A DNA stretch of 58,863 nt, filler included, from Malassezia furfur (lineage: Eukaryota): NCBI GenBank assembly GCA_052055015.1. It is 2 parts of 2 records of this genome, joined end to end, with 100 filler letters (N's around TTAATTAATTAA, not from the genome) between each part and the next. Parts side by side here need not be neighbours in the genome. Positions count along the whole stretch, not along the records: positions 29,490 to 58,863 come from JBQJIT010000105.1; 1 more part is not named here. One strand, given 5' to 3'. The notes under the pieces were generated by a model that was not told the origin of the DNA, did no database searches, and saw nothing but the letters and a program-made list of their open reading frames with translations. The position numbers were made by a program, and so were the translations under genes. Every line of letters starts with the position of its first letter. Positions within the stretch are counted from its first letter, which is position 1. Shown in pieces: positions 44,292 to 54,401 of the stretch.

Positions 44292-46327
44292 TCATTTTGC
44301 AGATTCGCCCTTGACCGTAGCATCGCTCTGGATGGCATCCTCCGGCATCGGGACCGGTACGTTCTCCGCAAGTGCCGTGCGATTGGTCCCGGAAGCAGCC
44401 GTCGGCGAAGGCGCTGGGCCGTTGACGGGGTCCACAAACTGGTTCAAAAACGAGTCGAGATCAAAGTCGCTCGCTGCGTTCCCATTCGGAGTAGGCGCAG
44501 AGGTCGTGCCCGAGGCAGACACATACGAGGACGGAGAAGTCATGTTGTTCAGTGGTGGCACACCGGCGTTGACGGGCTGTGCCGTCTTGTTCGCAGGCGC
44601 ATTGGGGTCCAGCCGCAAGCTCTGCACCAAGGCGTTGATTGAGTTTTGCAGCTTGGTCGTCTGATCCACATTGGACTGCACATTGCGGTTCACACGCTGA
44701 ACATCCTGGGCAAATTGCTGCTCGGGCAGAGGGAAGGTGCCGCTGCCTGACTCGGGCAGCGGCGTCACACTGCCCCGGGGCGTGTGCACCAGGGCATTTT
44801 GGATCGGGCCTGGGTTCCATTGGTTAGGACTGGTCGGTGCATCGCCCGTGTTCCAGGAGGCCATAGGTATGTTGGAGGCCTGTGCCCCAGATCCCGAGAC
44901 GCCATCCTCGACTCCGCCCTGCGACGCCAACGCATTTTGCAGCGCGGCCAACAGCTGGGGGTCCACACGCGCGTTGTTGTCGGGCGACTGCGATGCGAGG
45001 ATGCTGTTGATCCATGCACTGTTGTCGCCCTGCGTACCCATGGCATTCATTAGCGCTTCGCTCGACTGCAGCGGGGTCTGGGGCTGCCAGCCTTCGGCGT
45101 TGGGCGTGGCCTGTGAACTGCGCGACGAGGCATCCCGTGCCGAGTCGGGCGAGAGCTTTTCGGTGATGCGAGTCCAGGAGTTGGCGGGGCTGTCCGTCTT
45201 TTCAAGCCGTTCGCCATCGCTCATGGCGTTGTAGTCGTTGGCATCCTTGAGCATGCCAAACTCGGAGTTGTTCAGGAACTGGTCGGCATGGCTCGTGTCG
45301 CCAATCAGCAGCCGCTGCCGCTTTTGCGGGCGCGGAGGACCATAGGTGCGAGGCGGCGTACCAATGTCGTTGAAATTGGTGTCCTTGTTCATCGTGCCAT
45401 TCGCACCGCCATCCGCCGACTGGTTGTGCAGCATATCGCCCACATTGGACGAGCCAAAGACGCTCGCCATGAACCGCAAAATCCGGTTGATAGTGTCCTG
45501 CTGCTTCCGTGTTTGCTGTCGGTTCTCGATGCCTTGTTGCCAAAGCGCATGGCTAGAGTGCTGCAGCTGTGAGATCTCTTCAATGATAGTACGTTGATTA
45601 TTTTTGATGCCCTGAATAGCGTTCATCAGGCTGTTGAGCTGTGTCGTAGTGATTGCTGCGCTGTGACCGTCGGCGTCGCTGAACGCATGCGAAAACTCGC
45701 CGCGCGTCAAAGCGTTGCTCGTCGTTCCAACTTGCCGCGCATCGTCATTGTGCGCCTGGTTTGCGTGCTCGCGCTCTTTCCCGCTCCGCTTGCGCTGCAC
45801 CTTGGACAGGAGCTCGGGCTGGTCGCGGTGAAAACAGGGGTTGGAGAACTCCCACAGCTCGTTCTGCGAGGGCTGGTCGTGCTTGAGCGCACCCTGCTGC
45901 AGGTGGGGCACTTTGTGGAAGCCGTACATGTTTAGCTGCCGCACAAATGAGCTAAAGTTGTTGTGCTTGAAAAAACGTGGCAGCACTTCGTCGCCGAAGC
46001 GGACATGGTTGGGAACAAGGAAGGTATCGCCAGCTGGCGACCAACGAATGAATTCGTCGGTGTTTGGGTCATCCACCATGCTGTGTGAGTGGGGTCGGCG
46101 TACCTGCGCAGCTTGTTCAGGAAAGCTGGGTTGCTTCGGCTCATCACGGTCGGGGCTGCGTGGTCCGCTTCAGACCGCTGTGTACCCGAAGACACCATTT
46201 CGGGGCGAAAGGGTTGAAGCGGCGTTGACGAAGACTCGGCGTGGGGACGTGAGGGGGCGTGTGGCAGAGTGTTGATGGATTGCGCCACGCTCGTGCTCCC
46301 TGTCGACCACGCCGGACGCTGGGCCAT
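44292..46327 (-). CDS. HSF1: Heat shock transcription factor
   Basis: PAFLNKLRS|MVDD...FFKHNNFSSFVRQLNMYGFHKV DNA-binding domain followed by an HR-A/B coiled coil. Intron 46081-46103. Confidence 0.9.
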
Positions 46328-46370
46328 CGTGCAGCCGACCAAAAATCCCGCGACGGGTTTTGTGGAGGAT

Positions 46371-46409
46371 CACGTGATGTGTCGGGAAGGGGGACCGAGA
46401 CTATATAAA
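46371..46409 (+). promoter_or_regulatory. CACGTG E-box and TATA box in the HSF1/TBP divergent promoter
   Basis: TCACGTGA palindrome (CACGTG 46371-46376) and TATATAAA 46402-46409. Confidence 0.55.
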
Positions 46410-46512
46410 CTCGCGCTTGCCCCACCTGCCCCCCGGGCGTGGCGCGTGTGGCGGATCGAGCCACGGAGCGGAGGCAAGGGCGGTTTTATTTTTTTGGGTG
46501 TCGATCGGTTCC

Positions 46513-47340
46513 ATGTCGAATAATGGTGCACTCCAGCTTCCCCAAGCACAGTCCAAGCCGTCTGTAGACGCATCCTCGCAGAACAGCAAAGCGCTGGCAC
46601 TGCCGAGCCAAGCGGACGGTGAAAAGTCCCAGGGTACGGAAGAGAAGAAGGAGGAAGATTTAAAGGTTCCTCCGTCTGTGCATGCACCGATCACGGAGCA
46701 GATGCTCTCGAGCATGCACGGTATTGTTCCGACGTTACAGTAAGTTGGCCTTGGCCCGTCTTCGGTGGTTGGACAGTATGCTAATGGCTTAGAAACATTG
46801 TCGCGACCGTGAACCTCGAGGCGCGTCTGGATCTGAAGACCATTGCGCTTCATGCTCGCAATGCCGAGTACAATCCTAAGGTACGCATACTCCAGATTAA
46901 TACGGTAGCGTTTTGCTGCGGTCATTATGCGTATTCGTGAGCCTAAGACGACGGCGCTCATTTTTGCGTCGGGTAAGATGGTCATTACGGGTGCCAAGAG
47001 CGAGGAGGACAGTCGCTTGGCGAGCCGCAAGTATGCACGCATCATCCAGAAGCTTGGGTTCGAGGCGCGCTTTAGCGAGTTCAAGATCCAAAACATTGTG
47101 GGATCTTGTGATGTGCGCTTCCCCATTCGTCTTGAGGGTCTTGCTTACAGCCACGGCGTGTACTCCTCGTATGAGCCAGAGCTCTTCCCTGGCTTGATTT
47201 ACCGCATGGTCAAGCCGAAGGTCGTGCTTCTCATCTTTGTTTCGGGGAAAATTGTTCTTACGGGCGCAAAAGTGCGCGAGGAGATCTATACCGCGTTCAA
47301 CCTCATTCTCCCCGTGCTCTCCGAATTCCGAAAACCCTAA
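46513..47340 (+). CDS. SPT15: TATA-binding protein, spliced
   Basis: [15 protein letters not shown]...[30 protein letters not shown]...[13 protein letters not shown]. Introns 46740-46792 and 46881-46908. Confidence 0.97.
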
Positions 47341-47458
47341 GTGGCGCGTAGCTGTTCGAATGCGCCGTAGTTTGTATTCATATTGTGGGCAGACACGCGA
47401 CCGGCCAACGAACCCTGGGGCACCGCTCGGCGGAAAGCCACGTGATCCTTCTTCCTCG

Positions 47459-49378
47459 ATGGTCAGACCAAGTGCGGGACTGCGGGTGTCGAGCGTCGTG
47501 TGCCGACACGGCGTGTGGAAGACGCATGCGTCGGTGCCGCGGCTCGCGCGTGCACCGGGTGTACTCCTGGCTATGCGCTCTTTCTCGCTCTGGGGCAACA
47601 GCGGGTCCAACGAGCAGGCGCGCATGACCGCCTGGGCGCAGGTGCAGGATGCCAGGGCGCATGCGGGCACCGGCGCCGAGACGCTTTCGCGCGATGCTGC
47701 GCAAGCGGCTTCGGACGTGCGTGATGGCCTTGCATCGACGAGCGCGTCGCTGCAAAACAACGCGTCGTCTGCGAGTGCTTCGATGCAGGACACGCTCTCC
47801 TCGGTGAGCTCTTCGATGCAGAGCGGATGGGCGAGTGCCAACGCGTCGCTGCAGCAGGGCGTGGCGTCGGCGAAGCAGGGATTTGAGAGTGCTAAGCAGA
47901 CATTGCAGGGCACCAACGCATCCATCGAGAACGGTCTGGCACGTGCGGACGAGTCCATTCAGTCCGGCTGGTCGACGGCCAGCCAGGCTGGCAAGGAGTA
48001 CGCAGCGAGCGCAGGCGATGCTGCGGCGTCGGCAAAGCAGACGCTGCAGGGCGCCAACACCTCGATCGAGAACGGGCTGGCACGTGCGAACGAGTCGATT
48101 CAGTCGAGCTGGGCGAGCGCCACCAAGGCCGGCAAGAACGCCGCGGCGGACGCCGGCGAAGCCTCGCAGAAGTTTGTGGACAGCGCGCGTGAAGGCACCG
48201 CTGAGGTGGCGTCGGATGCGCAGGGTGCGCTCTCGTCGATCCAGGACCGCCTGACGCACGCGAACCACGGCCACGGCAGCGGTATTTTGGCGTCCGAGAG
48301 CGAGGCCATCTCGCAGGCATCGCAGGAGGCCACCTCGGAGCTGACTGCGCACGGTCTGGGTGGCTGGTCGCCGTCGGGGCTCCTGCAGCACCTGCTGGAC
48401 ACGACGCAGTACCTGACGCACCTGCCGTGGTGGGCGACCATCATCCTGGTGACGTGTTTGATCCGTCTGTCGGTGGCGCCGCTGCTCGTGTATGTGCAGG
48501 GCAACTCGATCCGCCTGTCCAACATTCAGCCGCAGATGCAGAATATGCTCAAGGACCTCGAGTATGCCAAGGCCACGGGTAACCAGCAGGAGATGCAGCG
48601 GGCGGCCGTGCAGGTGCGCAAGCTGCTGGCGGACAACAACTGCTCGCCGTTCCGTTCGCTGCTGCTGCCTGCGGTGCAGATGCCCATCTTCCTGTCGTTC
48701 TACTTCGCGCTGGACGGTATGGCCAGGGCCAAGCTCCCCGCGCTTGTCGCTGGCGGCTTTGGCTGGGTGCCTGACCTGACGGTGGCCGACCCGTACTATG
48801 TGCTGCCCATTACGTCGGCGTTCATGACCCTGCTCGTGCTCGAGACCGGTGCCGAGACGGGCACCACGGCGATGAACCAGACCAAGCAGGCGCGCATGGT
48901 CAAGAACCTGCTGCGCGGTGTCACGGTGCTGGCCGCGTGGTTTGTGTCCAACTTCCCTGCGGCTGTGCTGCTGTACTGGACGACGACGAACACGTTCTCG
49001 CTGGTGCAGCTGCTCGTGCTGCGTACGCGCTTCATGAAGCGCCTGCTCAAGCTCCCCGAGCGTGTGCAGCACCCGGTGCAGCCGCACGTCAAGCAGCAGT
49101 CGTTCATGGAGGGCCTGCGTTCCGGCATGGCGAGCGGCAGTGCGCACCCGAACTCGGCGGCGTCCGCGCGTCGTCCGCCGCCCGCAAGCCTGTACAAACG
49201 CGGGGGTGAGCGCCCCGTCGAGGCCGACACGCGCAACCGTGCACTGGACAGTATGCTCTCGTCCAAGCCCGGTGCGGACAAGGCTGCATCGGCCGCCCCG
49301 ACTGGCGACGACGCTGCCGCCGAGAAGCAGTCGCGCCTTGCGGCCGCCCGCGAGCGCCGCTTGCGCCAACGGAATTAG
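47459..49378 (+). CDS. OXA1: Mitochondrial inner membrane insertase Oxa1 with long N-terminal repeat insert
   Basis: Presequence ending RSFSLW, GLGGWSPSG, LPWWATII, QMPIFLSFY, WVPDLTVADPYYVLP, LYWTTTN. Confidence 0.88.
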   Translation: MVRPSAGLRVSSVVCRHGVWKTHASVPRLARAPGVLLAMRSFSLWGNSGSNEQARMTAWAQVQDARAHAGTGAETLSRDAAQAASDVRDGLASTSASLQNNASSASASMQDTLSSVSSSMQSGWASANASLQQGVASAKQGFESAKQTLQGTNASIENGLARADESIQSGWSTASQAGKEYAASAGDAAASAKQTLQGANTSIENGLARANESIQSSWASATKAGKNAAADAGEASQKFVDSAREGTAEVASDAQGALSSIQDRLTHANHGHGSGILASESEAISQASQEATSELTAHGLGGWSPSGLLQHLLDTTQYLTHLPWWATIILVTCLIRLSVAPLLVYVQGNSIRLSNIQPQMQNMLKDLEYAKATGNQQEMQRAAVQVRKLLADNNCSPFRSLLLPAVQMPIFLSFYFALDGMARAKLPALVAGGFGWVPDLTVADPYYVLPITSAFMTLLVLETGAETGTTAMNQTKQARMVKNLLRGVTVLAAWFVSNFPAAVLLYWTTTNTFSLVQLLVLRTRFMKRLLKLPERVQHPVQPHVKQQSFMEGLRSGMASGSAHPNSAASARRPPPASLYKRGGERPVEADTRNRALDSMLSSKPGADKAASAAPTGDDAAAEKQSRLAAARERRLRQRN

Positions 49379-49447
49379 AGGGCCCCCCGCCCTACCGTAG
49401 CGGCTAGCCTTAGTCAGCACACCTTGTCAGGGACGACGACGCCCGGC

Positions 49448-51739
49448 ATGGCGGCGTCCGATACAGCATCCCCCCACGCAGCGACGCGTGCAGACGCAAG
49501 CGCACCTGCACTTGGTACGCGTGTGGGGATCGAACATATGTGCACAACCACGCTGGCGTGGGTGCGTCGCGTCGCCTCGGCGCTGCTCACGCCGTCGAGC
49601 GGTGCCGAACTTCGTGCGCGGCGCCCCGCAAATGCAGACGCGGACGCAGTGCGCCGCGCCTACGAAACTGCTTGTGCCGCCGATGACGGTGCGACGGCCT
49701 TTGCCGAAAAGTTCAAATACATTGTCGCGACCTCCTTCCTGCTGACGCCGACGCTGTCGATCTCAATGTATGGCACCGATGCACCTCCCTCGCCAGCACA
49801 TGCGCGACGGCCTGCAGTGGTAGAGGAGCGAGGACACTATGACGAGACGGCGCGCATCTCGGGAACGCCGCCACTCGCACTGCTTGTCGTCGTTGCGGGC
49901 ATCGTGGTGCTATTTGCCGCCGTGCAGTGCGAGCCTTTGCTGCATGCCTATGTGCCGCTACATGTGTTTTTGCTTGCGGTGACGATCGGCACCGTGGAGC
50001 TGGTGCGGCTCGTACTGCTTCATTCTGCGGAGCCGTCGTTTCTCGAAAACACCTTGGGACCCCGTACGGTTGCATGCACCCTGTCGCGGGCGCCGGATGC
50101 GACGCGCCCGCGCTACCTCGCAACGGGGGTGCCCGTGCCGACGTGGGTCGCCGATGAGCGTGCGCGGATCCAGGCGCAGGCACTGCGCCTCGTGGCCGAG
50201 CTGGTGCGCGCCGCGCACGCCATGGACCGCAGCCTGAACGCGGCGCTCGCCGCGGTGCAAGAGGTGGAGGTCGTTGCGCGGGGGCTAAGCCTCTCGACGC
50301 CGCTGCCGCCCATCTCGCGCCTGGAAGATGCGACGCTCGAGAGTGACGGCGAGTCTTCCGGGGCCATTTCGGCGCCGACCGAGCCGCGCGGCGTGTACCG
50401 CCAGCGGCTCACGCCGCTACGCAAGGCGTTTTCGGAGCACGTCGAGCAGGTGCGCTTCCACTGCCTTGCGTCGCAGCGGCGGCTCGCGCCGCTCGTGCAT
50501 GCCGATGTGCTGGAGCAGTCGTTGCGGTGCATCACGCCACAGCGCGTTATGTCGCCGACGCATGTGCCGCTCGAGCGCGCGCCGTCCGGAAGCGCTTTGA
50601 CGCCGCGGTCGTTTGCGTTGGCATCGTCGCTGCTGACGCCGCCGCGCAAGGGCATGCACCTGCCGCCCATGTCGCCCGTGCCGCGGCGCGCACGTAGCGC
50701 CAAGGTCGTTCCCGCCGAGCTGGGCGGCAGTGCGCCGGACAGCGACGCGACCGACGGCGCGCACAGCTCTGCGGACGAGGCCGACGAGTCGCGTCTGCGT
50801 GCGCGGCCGCCACGCACCGACCGCTTGGCGCTGTCGCTGCTGCGTGCGCGCTTTGAGCACATGCACGTCGCGCGCGCTGCGCTGCTGTACCACTTTCTCG
50901 CGCTCGACTTTTCGCTGCATGCGCCGCGCGACGACCCGCGCGGCTGGCTCCATGCGTACTGGGACGACGCGGTGCTGCGCGAGCTGGCGGAGCTGGCGGA
51001 GCTCTTTGGCACAACGGCCGCACGCATGGACGCGCAGCTGCAGACGGCGATTGGTCTACCGCTCGATGCGGAGCCGCCGGCGCTGTCGTTGCACAAGCAC
51101 CTCGGCCTTGCAGACCGCATGGTCGAGATGGGCCGCATGCTGCGCACGATCCAGTGCAAGCTGCACGTGTGCGCCGAGGAGCTCAGTCTGCCGCCCGTGA
51201 CACTGCACGGCACGCCGAGTGCGCCGTCGCCGCCGTCGCCGTCGGTCGAGACCATGTTCAACAGCATGCGGAACGACCTCCTGGCTCTGTCGAGCGAGTG
51301 GGAGGCCGGTCTGCGCATCGTGCAGACGGCGCTGCACCCCGCGCCGCCGGCGCAGCGGACGCCGAGTCCGCCGCGCGATACGATACCCGATGCGCCGTGG
51401 GCGGCGGCGTCGCAGCCGTCGCCCCCGGCCTCGCCGCCCGCAGCGGCCGAATACGATACCTCGATGGAAATGGGCGCCGACGTTCCGCGCGACACGCTCT
51501 CTGCGCTGCTGCTCGACACGGCCGACGCGCAGCACCTGCCGCCGCCCGGTGTGGAGGAGGTGTTTGAGGGCGACACGCACGTCGCACCGCGCGCGACGCT
51601 ATCGCGCGCCGAGCGCATTGCACGCATGCACGAGCGGCGGCAGCAGGCCGCGCCCGTGTCGCCGCCGCGCCCGCTCGCGATGGTCTCGGAGCTGAAAGGC
51701 GTGCTGGCGCACCGGCACGCCGCCCCCCGTAGCCCCTAG
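49448..51739 (+). CDS. Vezatin/Inp2 myosin-binding-domain-like membrane protein
   Basis: FAEKFKYIVATSFLL, two TM segments, AVQEVEVVARGLSLSTPLPPISRLE, EEVFEG, MVSELKGVL. Confidence 0.65.
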   Translation: MAASDTASPHAATRADASAPALGTRVGIEHMCTTTLAWVRRVASALLTPSSGAELRARRPANADADAVRRAYETACAADDGATAFAEKFKYIVATSFLLTPTLSISMYGTDAPPSPAHARRPAVVEERGHYDETARISGTPPLALLVVVAGIVVLFAAVQCEPLLHAYVPLHVFLLAVTIGTVELVRLVLLHSAEPSFLENTLGPRTVACTLSRAPDATRPRYLATGVPVPTWVADERARIQAQALRLVAELVRAAHAMDRSLNAALAAVQEVEVVARGLSLSTPLPPISRLEDATLESDGESSGAISAPTEPRGVYRQRLTPLRKAFSEHVEQVRFHCLASQRRLAPLVHADVLEQSLRCITPQRVMSPTHVPLERAPSGSALTPRSFALASSLLTPPRKGMHLPPMSPVPRRARSAKVVPAELGGSAPDSDATDGAHSSADEADESRLRARPPRTDRLALSLLRARFEHMHVARAALLYHFLALDFSLHAPRDDPRGWLHAYWDDAVLRELAELAELFGTTAARMDAQLQTAIGLPLDAEPPALSLHKHLGLADRMVEMGRMLRTIQCKLHVCAEELSLPPVTLHGTPSAPSPPSPSVETMFNSMRNDLLALSSEWEAGLRIVQTALHPAPPAQRTPSPPRDTIPDAPWAAASQPSPPASPPAAAEYDTSMEMGADVPRDTLSALLLDTADAQHLPPPGVEEVFEGDTHVAPRATLSRAERIARMHERRQQAAPVSPPRPLAMVSELKGVLAHRHAAPRSP

Positions 51740-51776
51740 TTGCCACGTGGCTTTGTCCTACGACGCGCGCGACGGC

Positions 51777-54192
51777 ATGAGCGCACATGCAGCGAGTGCG
51801 GTCGCGCCTGTGCGGCGCGCCGACGACCCCGCGGCGCGGTCTGCGGCGCCTGCGCGTGCTCCGCTAGAGCGTACGTTGCACCGACTCACTCGCAGCGCTG
51901 TATTTGGAGCCGGGCCCACTGAACCGCCTGTACCTCTCGGTGTGCTCGGGGATTCCGTCGCAGGTCGCCTGGGCGCTCGCGCGTCTTGCGCTATACACGC
52001 AGCAGCTTGGCGACCGCTTCCAACTCGCCGACTACCCCGGGCTAGATGAAGCGTTGGTGCGCCTCGTGCGCCGCTTGACGCTCGCACTGCAGGGAGCGCC
52101 GCGCGCCGATTGGGACGACGACGTGCCCGACGTCACCGCGAGCAACCTGCGCGTCGACCAAGGCATCGGTGCCCCCGGCGAGAACGGCGGTATGGATCTT
52201 GCTGCAACGCACGTCGCATTTGCGCGCGCGCGCGCGCCCGAGGCGGTGCCTGCGGCATTTGCACCGCAGCAGGTCACGCGCGATGCAACGCTGCTCCAGC
52301 ACGCGGCGGGCGCCGCTCTCGTCCTGCGCAATGTCGTACTGAGCGCCGCGAATGCAGCACAGCTTACTGTGGTGCCCGGTGTGCTGCAGGTGGTGTACGA
52401 GCTCGCGCACGCCACGATCGATGCGCCCGTTTCGCTCCGGGGGGGTGCATGGGCCGACGTGCGCGGCAATGCGCTCGACATCCTCGAGGCGCTCGCGCCG
52501 CGCATCGTGCTAAGCGAGTGGGTACGCGTAACGTACGGCCAGCGCACGGCGCCCGAGCCGCGCGCCGCACCGACGCGCACCGAGGACCAGGTGTTTGCGA
52601 TGCTGCACACCCTCCTACACACGACGCGTGACCGTGCGCTGCTGCTCGCGAGTCTGCGATGTCTGCGCGCGATCGCGATGAACGAGGCCAATGTGCCGCA
52701 GCTCGTGGACGCCACGCCGCAGCTCGAGCCGACGCAGCTAGGGCTCACGGCGCGGTGTGTTGCGCTGCTGCCGCTCACGCAGGACCCGGAACTGCTTGAG
52801 GCGGCCGTCGACTTGCTGTACCAGATCGCGGCTACGGGCGAGAACGCGCTGCTCCTCGGCACGCTCACGCTCGCGGACGTGTGCGACGCGGGCTACGGCA
52901 CGGGCCTCGCGCGCCGTGCGCTGCACGAGGTGGACACGGCGGCCGACGAGTGCGCGCCGACAGACACGTCGCTGGCGCGTGCGGTCGTGGCGTACCTCGC
53001 GCGCAACGTCGACCTTGGCAAGACGGTGTGGGAGCGCGACTCGGTGATGAGCGCCAACACGAGCGCCGCATGGGCAGCTCACGTCCCGAGCGCCGCGCGC
53101 ACGCGTCGCGAACGCGAGCGCGAGCGCCGCCTGCGCAAGGAGCACGCCACGCCGCAGGAGCGCGCCAAGTGGAAGGAGCTGACGCGCGACGAGCTCGAGC
53201 GTCTCCGGTGGCTGGACGAGCCGGTGCGCGGCATTGAATGGTGCGTGCGTGATTGACGCAGGATGCAGTTGCTGTTTGAGCGCGATCCCCAGGGCGAGGT
53301 GACGCAGATGGAGTTCTGGATTGCGTACCGCGACCAGTTTACGCCGATCGCCGCCGAGGGCGGCGTTGCCCTGCAGCCCGCGGCGAACCTGATTCGCAAT
53401 GTGTCGCAAACCTTCCCGGGGGCGGCGGCGGTGGTCATCCCGTCGACAATGGGCGCACAGCCGCGCTTTATCATCCGCGGCATCTCGGTGCGCGACCGCA
53501 GTATGCCGCGCATCGAGTGTGCGTGGGAGGCGTGCCCGGCGCCGCACGTCGGCGACTGGGACGCCGTACGCGAGCACCTCGCCGTGCACGCCCAGGCGGC
53601 GCGCGACGGACAGTGCCGCTGGCGCTCGTGTGCGTACGCGGTCGACCCGCGCGACCCGCACCGCGCTGTACGGCTGTATGCGCACGCGCTGACACACACG
53701 CCACGCGATACGCCCATGGCCACGGCGCAGCCCGCCGAGGGCACGCAGGAGAGCCCGGGTGTGATCACATTCACCGTCGAGCGCACGCCGTCGGTGCCGA
53801 ATGCGACGCCAGGCGAGGCGCCGCTGCCGTGCGGCGTCGCGTTCCTCTCGGCGCTCGTGCTGCGCTTCGTGGCGCGCGCGGCCCACAATGTGCTCAAAAG
53901 CGCAGGGCAGGGGTGCCCACCACAGACGTACGGCGGAGCACAGGAGGCCGCCGCACAGCCAGGCGACCGCGACGAGCGATTCGGGTGCCCCGTGCCGCGC
54001 TCCGTGCAGGACGCGATGCAGGACGCCGCGCAGCAGGCATCTGCGCTCTCGCCGCGGCACATGGCCGCCGCGACGACGATCATGGAAGCCCTGGCGCTCG
54101 CGGAAGAGGGTATGGTACAAAGCTCGTTGCGGAACGACATCCTATGTCGTCTACTGAACGATATTCTCGTGGCCATCCGGCCCGTAGCGTAG
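51777..54192 (+). CDS. RSC9: RSC chromatin remodelling subunit Rsc9 (ARM repeats + RFX-like domain), spliced
   Basis: GPLNRLYLSVCSGIPSQVAWAL, W|MQLLFERDPQGEVTQMEFWIAYRDQF, AANLIRNVSQTFPGA, RFIIRGI, C/H zinc-finger-like segment. Confidence 0.82.
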
Positions 54193-54247
54193 CGCGTCGA
54201 GAATGTAACGATACATGCTGGGTGTGAGTCGGTTCGCGGGGGAGGGA

Positions 54248-54332
54248 GGGACCATCAGGGAAAAGGTGTCTATCATGAAGATCGGTAGTCTAACATATGT
54301 GACTCGCCGAAGCGAAAGCATCCTTTGGTCCC
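54248..54332 (-). ncRNA. Box C/D snoRNA, snR58/SNORD104-like (LSU rRNA Cm guide), intronic
   Basis: Terminal stem GGGACCA/TGGTCCC, box C AGGATGC, box D CTGA, D' CCGA preceded by guide CACATATGTTAGACT, complementary to the LSU rRNA motif AGUCUAAAC-type segment after GGACCAAGG (AGUCUAAC). Confidence 0.75.
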
Positions 54333-54401
54333 ATATGTACGTACCGTGATAGAGTGCGGTCATGTGAGTCGTTAGAGGAAGTGCGGAGCCGTATGAGTCG
54401 G

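Noticed and set aside
47237..47458. TBP-OXA1 overlapping or read-through ORF starting at 47237
   Set aside because: Non-ATG upstream extension. The ATG at 47459 gives a normal mitochondrial presequence.
14084..51739. Cytoskeletal-motor gene cluster (kinesin tail, UNC-45, dynactin p24, vezatin)
   Set aside because: The genes are spread over 37 kb among unrelated housekeeping genes, with no evidence of co-regulation.
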